DNA of 12,773 nucleotides from Bdellovibrionota bacterium (GTDB taxonomy: Bacteria > Bdellovibrionota_C > UBA2361 > OMIW01), in the NCBI GenBank assembly GCA_044345055.1, contig JBIJBT010000079.1, positions 1 through 12,773 on the forward strand. The letters are read 5' to 3'. Shown in pieces: positions 6,631 through 12,773 of this stretch. The notes under the pieces are model-generated. The model ran no database searches, was not told where the DNA came from, and worked only from the letters and a program-made list of their open reading frames with translations. The position numbers and the translations under genes were made by a program. Position 1 is the first letter of the stretch; every line of letters starts with the position of its first letter.

Positions 6631-9600
6631 ATGACAGCTGTTGATAAATCGGCATGGCACCGAACTTTTGGGATAGGTTTTGTTTTGTTGTTTTCCTCGC
6701 TGGTGATTTTGACCAAGCCAGCTTTGGCTATTCCGGCGCAGCTGTCAGCTGGTGATTCATACACGATGGCGATTCTTGAAGATGGAACGCTTTGGGGGTG
6801 GGGAGATAACGAAAACGGCCAACTTGGTGATGGTACGAAAGAGGATAAGGCTACGCCTGTTCAAATAGGCACTGCGACCAATTGGAAGCAGGTTGCAACA
6901 GGCTTTAATCATACAATGGCGATAAAGGTTGATGGTACGCTTTGGGGGTGGGGAAATAACGATTCTGGCGAGATTGGAGATGGAACAACTGTTTCTAAAT
7001 CATCCCCCGTTCAGATTGGTGCAGCTACCAATTGGATTTCAGTTTCAGCGAGTGATTCCCACACGATGGCGATTAAAAGTGACGGAACGCTTTGGGGTTG
7101 GGGGTATAACGGGAGTTTCGGTTATGAAGATGGTCGGCTCGGTGATGGCTCGCTAGTATCTAAGTCCTCGCCTGTTCAGATAGGAAAAGCAACCAACTGG
7201 ATGCAGGTTTCAGCGGGTGGTTCACACACGATGGCTATCAGGCGCGATGGTACGCTTTGGGGATGGGGAAGAAATTTTTTCGGTCAGCGGGGTGAAGGTG
7301 TGACAGATCAGGTTAGGTTAGAACCTGTTCGGGTCGGTACCGAAGCTGACTGGGCCTCTGTTTCAGCAGGATTCTCCCACACCATGGCGTTAAAGAGCGA
7401 TGGTACGCTTTGGGGTTGGGGTGGTAACGAATATGGCCAGATGGGTAAAGGTTCGACTAGTGAGACATCGCTCCCTTCTCAGATAGGTGGGGCGAACAAC
7501 TGGATTCAAGTGTTAGCGGGACGCAAACACACCATGGGAATTAGGCGAGATGGCACTCTTTGGGGGTGGGGTAGAAATGAATTTGGTCAGGTCGGCGATA
7601 GTACAAAACAGGACAAACCAATCCCTGTTCAGATAGGCTCAGCAACGAACTGGTCCTCAGTTGCAGTCGGTGGTGAACACGGGATGGCGTTAAAGACCGT
7701 CGGCACGCTTTGGGGCTGGGGGAACAATAAAGATGGTCAAATCGGGGACGGATCGAAAATATTCTACAAAAGTCCCAACAAGATAGGTTTAGCGAGTGAC
7801 TGGAATTCGATTTCAGCAGGTGGCTCCTACACCATGGCAATAAAGGGTGATGGCACGCTTTGGGGGTGGGGTCGGAACGAATTCGGCCAACTTGGTGATC
7901 GGGCGATAGAGTCTGTATCCACGCCAGTTCAATTAAATCCTGCAACAAACTGGTCTTCCGTTTCAGCAGGCCCCCTCCATACGATGGCGATAAAGCGAGA
8001 TGGGACACTCTGGGGTTGGGGCTACAACGAAGATAGGCGACTTGGTGATGGGACCATGCCGTATGAATCCTTGCCTGTTCAGATAGGTGCGGCAACAAAC
8101 TGGTCTTCAGTTTCAGCAGGCGTCCTCCATACAATGGCGATAAAGAGCGATGGTACGCTTTGGGGGTGGGGAAGTGACACTTATGGACAGCTTGGGTTAG
8201 GTACTCGAGTGGATGAGCCCTTGCCTGTGCAGATCGATGGAGCTACTAACTGGACCCATGTGTCCGTGGGTTATTTTCACACGATGGCGCTAAAGAGCGA
8301 TGGAACTCTTTGGGGTTGGGGTGGTAACGAATATGGACAACTCGGCGATGGCACCAAACAGGAACGGGACTCTCCTACTCAGATAAGTTCAGCAGCCAAG
8401 TGGTCTTCAGTAGCAGCCAGCGGTTACTACACGATGGCGGTAAGGAGTGATGGCACTCTTTGGGGATGGGGTGAAAGCGGTGCGGGCCGTATTGGTGATG
8501 GTACGAATGAATTTGACCCCTTTCCGATCCGGATTGGCACAGCAACCAATTGGAAATCAGTCTCAGCCGGCGGCTCGCACATAATCGCTTTAAAGAATGA
8601 TGGTACGCTTTGGGGATGGGGATCAAACTTGAATGGACAGCTTGGTGATGGTACGCAGGTTTCTAAAACAACTCCTTTTCAGATAGGCACATCAACAAAT
8701 TGGGCTTCAATTTCAGCTGGCTCTGACCACACTATAGCAATAAAAAATGATGGTACTCTTTGGGGTTGGGGCACAAATAGGTCCAGCGAAATTGGTGACG
8801 GCAGAGTTGTTACCAGTGCAACGCCGATTAAATCGGTCCTAAATACCAAAGTACTGATTTCTTCGGGATCGCTGACTTTTAAACCCACAGTTATTGGCAC
8901 AAGCTCCCTACTCCAAATATCCGTAATCAATCTTGGAACTAGCTCAGTTGAAATTACTGGTGTTGACGTTGAGAATCCCTACTCTGCAACGAATTCCTGC
9001 TCGGCAGTGGGGCCAAATAGTGCGTGTGTAATTTACGTTGAGTTTCGACCAGAATCTTTTGGTCAGTTCGACGGCGATTTGCTCATTCGCTCACCTGAAT
9101 TGGGGAATGGCCGTAAAGTCTCCTTGTCGGGGTCGGGGGTAATAGGTGGTATAACTGCGACTCCGACCGCAAATCCAAGTGCAACGGCGACCCCAATCGG
9201 AACGGCTACTCCGAAAGCGACAGCAACGCCTACATCCACGATAGCCCCAAGGTTAACACCGATAGTAATACCTCCGGTGAGACCTAATCCAACGGTAAAT
9301 CCATTTTTAACCCCCAATATTGAACCCGATAGACCGGTCAAAAAAAACGCAAAGCTCCGACTAGCTCAGCTTGGAAGGGTTGTAAAAGGTGCTGCGCGGC
9401 TGAAGGTTGATACCTACTCTCTCGATGAGGAAGGAAGGAGTGCCGCAATAAAAAATGGAGCCTTCTCAATTCACTGTACTCTACGACGGGCCAAGGTGAC
9501 GAATACCGGTAAAACAAACGGCAAGGGAATCTTGACCCTGAAGATGACGGGTGTGAAGGCTGGGATGGTTTGTCGAGCTCAGGCAACCCTCTTAGGCCAA

Positions 9601-9633
9601 CTGTCAAAAAGTGAGACTGTAAAGCTCAAGTAG
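6631..9633 (+). CDS. Exported RCC1/BLIP-II-like repeat protein with Ig-like (ASH/choice-of-anchor D-like) domain, Pro/Thr linker and basic C-terminal domain
   Basis: GAGGAG RBS; hydrophobic N-terminus ending in PALA; 14 GTLWGWG repeats; then [10 protein letters not shown]...[12 protein letters not shown]...[20 protein letters not shown], a TATPT-rich linker and a Lys-rich tail with two Cys. Confidence 0.93.
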   Translation: MTAVDKSAWHRTFGIGFVLLFSSLVILTKPALAIPAQLSAGDSYTMAILEDGTLWGWGDNENGQLGDGTKEDKATPVQIGTATNWKQVATGFNHTMAIKVDGTLWGWGNNDSGEIGDGTTVSKSSPVQIGAATNWISVSASDSHTMAIKSDGTLWGWGYNGSFGYEDGRLGDGSLVSKSSPVQIGKATNWMQVSAGGSHTMAIRRDGTLWGWGRNFFGQRGEGVTDQVRLEPVRVGTEADWASVSAGFSHTMALKSDGTLWGWGGNEYGQMGKGSTSETSLPSQIGGANNWIQVLAGRKHTMGIRRDGTLWGWGRNEFGQVGDSTKQDKPIPVQIGSATNWSSVAVGGEHGMALKTVGTLWGWGNNKDGQIGDGSKIFYKSPNKIGLASDWNSISAGGSYTMAIKGDGTLWGWGRNEFGQLGDRAIESVSTPVQLNPATNWSSVSAGPLHTMAIKRDGTLWGWGYNEDRRLGDGTMPYESLPVQIGAATNWSSVSAGVLHTMAIKSDGTLWGWGSDTYGQLGLGTRVDEPLPVQIDGATNWTHVSVGYFHTMALKSDGTLWGWGGNEYGQLGDGTKQERDSPTQISSAAKWSSVAASGYYTMAVRSDGTLWGWGESGAGRIGDGTNEFDPFPIRIGTATNWKSVSAGGSHIIALKNDGTLWGWGSNLNGQLGDGTQVSKTTPFQIGTSTNWASISAGSDHTIAIKNDGTLWGWGTNRSSEIGDGRVVTSATPIKSVLNTKVLISSGSLTFKPTVIGTSSLLQISVINLGTSSVEITGVDVENPYSATNSCSAVGPNSACVIYVEFRPESFGQFDGDLLIRSPELGNGRKVSLSGSGVIGGITATPTANPSATATPIGTATPKATATPTSTIAPRLTPIVIPPVRPNPTVNPFLTPNIEPDRPVKKNAKLRLAQLGRVVKGAARLKVDTYSLDEEGRSAAIKNGAFSIHCTLRRAKVTNTGKTNGKGILTLKMTGVKAGMVCRAQATLLGQLSKSETVKLK
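6781..8800 (+). repeat. Coding tandem repeat, 14 units of about 150 nt (50 aa)
   Basis: The Leu codon of GTLWGWG recurs at 6790, 6940, 7090, 7255, 7408 and then exactly every 150 nt up to 8758. Confidence 0.95.
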
Positions 9634-9710
9634 CTGAATAAGTCAGTTTGATCAGACTCATCTCCGCACTGATTCTCTTGTGAGGGAAATTGCTCTGTAG
9701 CCTTGGACCT

Positions 9711-10328
9711 CTATTGCTCAGAGGTATAGAGGGTATAGATCGCAGCAAACAATAGGTCAACCACCTTCTTCTGAGCCTCGGTATCGTCGGAGATATAGGC
9801 TTGCGTGGTCGATAAATGCCGATGCCCTGCCAATGCCATCACATCAAGCAGACTTCCACCACATAAAGGGATCTTCCTAGCTGCATTCGTGATGAAAGAA
9901 CGTCTCCCTGAGTGAGACGATGCGCCTTCATACCCCATAGCTGCATACAACCGATGAAACCATTCTGCGATTGATGCAGCAGAGAAACCATTACCACGCT
10001 CTGATTTCACTAATGCACCTGGTTCCTTCCCTCGTTCCTCAAGGTATTCGGAGATCGCTTGTTTCAGCGTCTTGCTCATCGGAATGATGCGCCCTGACTT
10101 TCCCTTTGAGGCGGAGTTATCGAGAGAGATAACGTCGGCGATATTGCCCTCGGCATCAGTGACCATTGATAACGTGATCTCCGAGCACTCTTTAGCTCGT
10201 AATCCGTGATAGCTGAGAAGGAAGATTACCTTGTCTCGCTTCGGGTAGCGTCTATTCGCACTGATGTATGCCAGCACCGCCTTGATCTGCTTGTCGGTGA
10301 GTATCTTTGCTTGTTTTCCTCGTGCCAT
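9711..10328 (-). CDS. Tyrosine recombinase/integrase, catalytic domain only (205 aa)
   Basis: HGLRAKE (Arg I), SKGKSGRIIP (Lys), SHSGRRSF (H-x-x-R) and LAGHRHLSTTQAY (His, Tyr). GGAGGA RBS at 10336-10341 on the minus strand. Confidence 0.95.
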   Translation of the reverse strand: MARGKQAKILTDKQIKAVLAYISANRRYPKRDKVIFLLSYHGLRAKECSEITLSMVTDAEGNIADVISLDNSASKGKSGRIIPMSKTLKQAISEYLEERGKEPGALVKSERGNGFSAASIAEWFHRLYAAMGYEGASSHSGRRSFITNAARKIPLCGGSLLDVMALAGHRHLSTTQAYISDDTEAQKKVVDLLFAAIYTLYTSEQ

Positions 10329-10401
10329 CTGGGTTCCTCCAACTTCTATGAATAGGTATCGGGTTTTCTTGCCAGTTGGTTGAGGTTTGGAAGCCCCTTT
10401 C

Positions 10402-10596
10402 TTGATCGCTGATCAACGATCCGAGCAAAATCAATAACTTACTGAAACTTATGGGGAAATGTGTGTTTCCCCACGAGTAGCCGATCGGCGATCAATCCCC
10501 AACCCATTGATTTTATTCCCGAATATTAACTTTCGGCGCATCTTATGCTATGATTTCAATGGGTTACGCTCGCAAGGGGTACTTTTTATATATACG
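10402..10596. promoter_or_regulatory. Structured int/rep spacer with inverted repeats, IHF-like boxes, GATC cluster and AT-rich tract
   Basis: Inverted repeats at 10402-14/10483-95 (12 of 13), 10452-59/10466-73 (8 of 8) and 10501-10/10556-65 (10 of 10). WATCAANNNNTTR matches at 10429-41 (+), 10500-12 (-) and 10554-66 (+, one mismatch). TTTTTATATATA near 10583-10594. Confidence 0.6.
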
Positions 10597-10625
10597 TAGT
10601 GAGCTTTGAGTTTAGGCGGTGAGAT

Positions 10626-11348
10626 ATGCACGATTACGAGATACCAAAGGAGATGCTTGATGAACTAATCAAGCAGCGAAGAGACGGGAAGAAGCTCCGT
10701 GTGGTCACCTCACGCCACGACTCGAACCTACCACGCTCAAAACCGAAGATACCGTATCGGTCTACGGAAAGAAGGTTGCAGGAACTAGAATCCACCCACC
10801 CTGAACGATACGAGTATTACAAAGCCTTGATGACGGCTTTAAGCAACTACAGATTCACGGCTGCCATCGGAGTAACGGGAAAAAGCCCGATTAAGACTGA
10901 AGATGATGCCATCCAAATCTGCTCACGTCTCCATAGACGCCTGATTCAAACATTTTATGGTCGTCAGTTTGACATCGGAGAAAGACACTTACCGATTTTC
11001 ATTGTCATAGAAAATCATCAAAGCAGTTCTAGGGGCTACCATCTTCACATCCTGCTCGGAGAACCAGAGAAATCCTTTAGAGCAAATGCACCGTCAGAGA
11101 AATCTCGCCAGCGAAAGCCAACGTATCTCACTGCGCTCCATCACCTGAGCAAGATACGGTTTGGCAACGGAGGTAGGCAAAAGGTTGGAAAAATGAAAGC
11201 TGAGGTTCTTTGGGACGAAGAAGGTGCACAGCAATATGTGCTCAAGAAACTCACCATCAACAGATTTATAGCGGTCTACGAACACTCCACCATTCGTTTT
11301 GATCGCACATCCACAATAGTGAGAGAGGTTAGTAAACAGCCCGTCTAG
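10626..11348 (+). CDS. HUH-endonuclease superfamily protein, rolling-circle Rep-like
   Basis: 240 aa. Motif I-like FTAAIGVT, basic helix RLHRRL, IFIVIE...GYHLHILL (HUH motif II) and AQQYVLK (YxxK motif III), in Rep order and spacing. Confidence 0.75.
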   Translation: MHDYEIPKEMLDELIKQRRDGKKLRVVTSRHDSNLPRSKPKIPYRSTERRLQELESTHPERYEYYKALMTALSNYRFTAAIGVTGKSPIKTEDDAIQICSRLHRRLIQTFYGRQFDIGERHLPIFIVIENHQSSSRGYHLHILLGEPEKSFRANAPSEKSRQRKPTYLTALHHLSKIRFGNGGRQKVGKMKAEVLWDEEGAQQYVLKKLTINRFIAVYEHSTIRFDRTSTIVREVSKQPV

Positions 11349-11397
11349 CGATTGCAGACACAGAGCGTTGAAAGGGTTTCTCACTTTCTGTTTTCAC

Positions 11398-11424
11398 CCC
11401 ACAAGAGCAGAGCCTCTTGATGGG
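11398..11424. other. Hairpin downstream of rep (terminator or ssDNA signal)
   Basis: CCCACAAGAG 11398-11407 pairs with CTCTTG-A-TGGG 11414-11424, with one bulged A. Confidence 0.35.
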
Positions 11425-11524
11425 ATCTTATTATTCAGAGTTCTTGATAACGACTGAATTGCTGAAGTGAAAGATCGTTATCTAATAAATACATACATTA
11501 AAGCTCTTAGGAGGAACTATACCA

Positions 11525-11794
11525 ATGAATAAAAGCCAACGATTTAGCATTAGACTTTTGATAAGTGAGGAATGGCGTAATCCACTATCAGATATCAGCA
11601 AAGCCCACATGATTAGCCGTCTTGCGTTACTACGGAAGTATATCTTTCAAGGAATGACTGCTGACCTAGAAGAGATCAAAGAAGGTTTTGAACGTCTTAA
11701 GCGAATAGAAGCCACGAAAAAGGAACTAAGCCAGAAAGTAAAAGCTCATAAGGGCAACAATGCCGAATCCACCAAACTACCTCTTGAGTTGTAG
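11525..11794 (+). CDS. Small protein, ribbon-helix-helix-like N-terminus plus coiled-coil tail
   Basis: AGGAGGA RBS upstream. QRFSIRL strand, helix SEEWRNPLSDISKAH, turn, helix SRLALLRKYI matches the CopG/Arc pattern by eye. Confidence 0.7.
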   Translation: MNKSQRFSIRLLISEEWRNPLSDISKAHMISRLALLRKYIFQGMTADLEEIKEGFERLKRIEATKKELSQKVKAHKGNNAESTKLPLEL

Positions 11795-11804
11795 GAGCCT
11801 GATT

Positions 11805-11960
11805 ATGAGCAAGAGTTCAAAAGACAGGGTGATCAAAGCTATCAAAGATGCTCAAGCACTAGAGATTGCCATGACTGAAGTTGATCGCAACGAAAACGCA
11901 TCCTTGAAACGTCAGAAAGTAGCAGCCTTCTCACGGGTGATTGATGAGTATCTTAAATGA
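11805..11960 (+). CDS. Hypothetical 51-aa helical protein
   Basis: AGGAG at 11793-11797 precedes ATG 11805, which is preferred to the track start at 11760. Its stop overlaps the next ATG (ATGA). Confidence 0.6.
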   Translation: MSKSSKDRVIKAIKDAQALEIAMTEVDRNENASLKRQKVAAFSRVIDEYLK

Positions 11961-12340
11961 GAGAGAAATCTGATTCTGGTAGCGGTGCAGGTAAAATGAT
12001 GAAAAGGTTTTCTACATTTGTTTCCGAAGACCTGAATGAGAATCTTCTCGGAAAAGCCTACGCATTCACGCAGTATCGGAAGCATGAACAACAGAAGGCA
12101 AAGATAGTCAGCCTTTCAAATCGTATCCAGGAAAAATGTCGTGCTGGAGTTCAAGAGAGAGATATTGATAAGAAGATCAGCCACCTTCTTTCATCGGTGT
12201 TCGACCTTGCTAGGGCATTGAAGGTTCAAGCTGATATGTCTTCTTCCTTAGCTAGTATTGAAACTGCTAATAGCTTGATGGTTCAAAATGTTCGGAATGA
12301 AATCGAAACTGCCGTGAAAAAACAAAAAAACAAGAAATAA
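11957..12340 (+). CDS. Hypothetical helical/coiled-coil protein (alternative starts 11996/11999)
   Basis: 127-aa open frame coupled to the upstream ORF by an ATGA overlap; basic C-terminus. Confidence 0.7.
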   Translation: MREKSDSGSGAGKMMKRFSTFVSEDLNENLLGKAYAFTQYRKHEQQKAKIVSLSNRIQEKCRAGVQERDIDKKISHLLSSVFDLARALKVQADMSSSLASIETANSLMVQNVRNEIETAVKKQKNKK

Positions 12341-12773
12341 TCTGGTTCCATCTGCCCCTATTTCAGAGATAGGTTGACGAGGCTCCTGGGATCTATCCTC
12401 CCTCAAATATTTTTCGCAGAGTATTTCTGGTCTACAGCCCGAATCCACAAGTCCGGAACAAGCTGAGACTGATTCTTCCTCTTTCACACGGCTCGGCGTT
12501 GACGTGAAAAGAGAATGCGAGAAGTTATCCCCCGAACGCTTTCAGTCCCAAATATCAAGAAAAGATTTGGTCTTTCAGCAATGGTAATGCTCGGATATGC
12601 TTCAGGAAAACGATACCAGATGAGGGACATTGTCAGAAAACTTCGATCTCAAAAATCACACCTTTACGTCTAGCCCGAAGTTCCCCGCCCCAAGCAACAT
12701 AACCCCCTAAAATCCGACACTAAATCCATATCCAAGTAGCGTTCTACTGTCTACAAAGTGACATTCAATAGCT

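Larger units (their letters stand above)
9707..12340. mobile_element. Probable small integrative element (tyrosine recombinase + HUH Rep + RHH-like regulator + small ORFs); right boundary not seen
   Basis: Gene content, the divergent int/rep arrangement, a structured spacer and visibly A-rich small ORFs. No att direct-repeat pair was found in the window. Confidence 0.65.

Noticed and set aside
4740..6764. Short ORFs in or after the HerA gene (4740-4940, 4954-5166, 5197-5445, 5415-5618, 6347-6565, 6450-6764)
   Set aside because: Shadow frames or low-complexity intergenic ORFs without motifs. 6347-6565 does not resemble a HerA partner.
6781..8800. CRISPR array or DGR template/variable repeats
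   Set aside because: The repeats are in-frame 150-nt coding units with synonymous variation. There are no unique spacers, cas genes, reverse transcriptase or adenine-specific variation.
6929..9607. Alternative-frame and antisense ORFs within the RCC1 gene
   Set aside because: By-products of the repetitive coding sequence.
10402..10566. Retron msr-msd
   Set aside because: Nested inverted repeats are present, but there is no reverse transcriptase in the window.
10252..12487. Minus-strand ORFs 10252-10434, 11094-11384 and 12248-12487
   Set aside because: They overlap better-supported genes and have no motifs.
12515..12673. 52-aa + strand ORF (MREVIPRTLS...)
   Set aside because: Weak RBS, short and with no recognisable family; cannot be supported without homologues.

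Overview
Bacterial chromosomal window with five parts. (i) The 5' end of a Y1/HUH (IS200/RAYT-like) transposase on the minus strand, missed by the ORF track, followed by an Rpn-family PD-(D/E)XK nuclease. (ii) A stand-alone fabD and a small helical hypothetical protein. (iii) A ~560-nt stretch with no long ORF (about 3251-3813) that folds by eye into a nested, G-U-rich, multi-branched + strand RNA and carries a 17-nt perfect complement of the conserved 16S rRNA 3' end; it converges on a Thr(GGU)-Trp(CCA)-Thr(UGU) tRNA cluster. (iv) An orphan HerA/DUF87-type ATPase and an exported 14-repeat RCC1-like beta-propeller protein. (v) The left part of a probable small integrative element: a minimal tyrosine recombinase divergent from an HUH rolling-circle-type Rep, separated by a spacer with inverted repeats, GATC sites and IHF-like boxes, followed by a ribbon-helix-helix-like gene and small helical ORFs. 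The best candidates for new biology are the large structured RNA and the integrase-HUH Rep element. All family calls come from motif recognition by eye; no database search or folding program was run.
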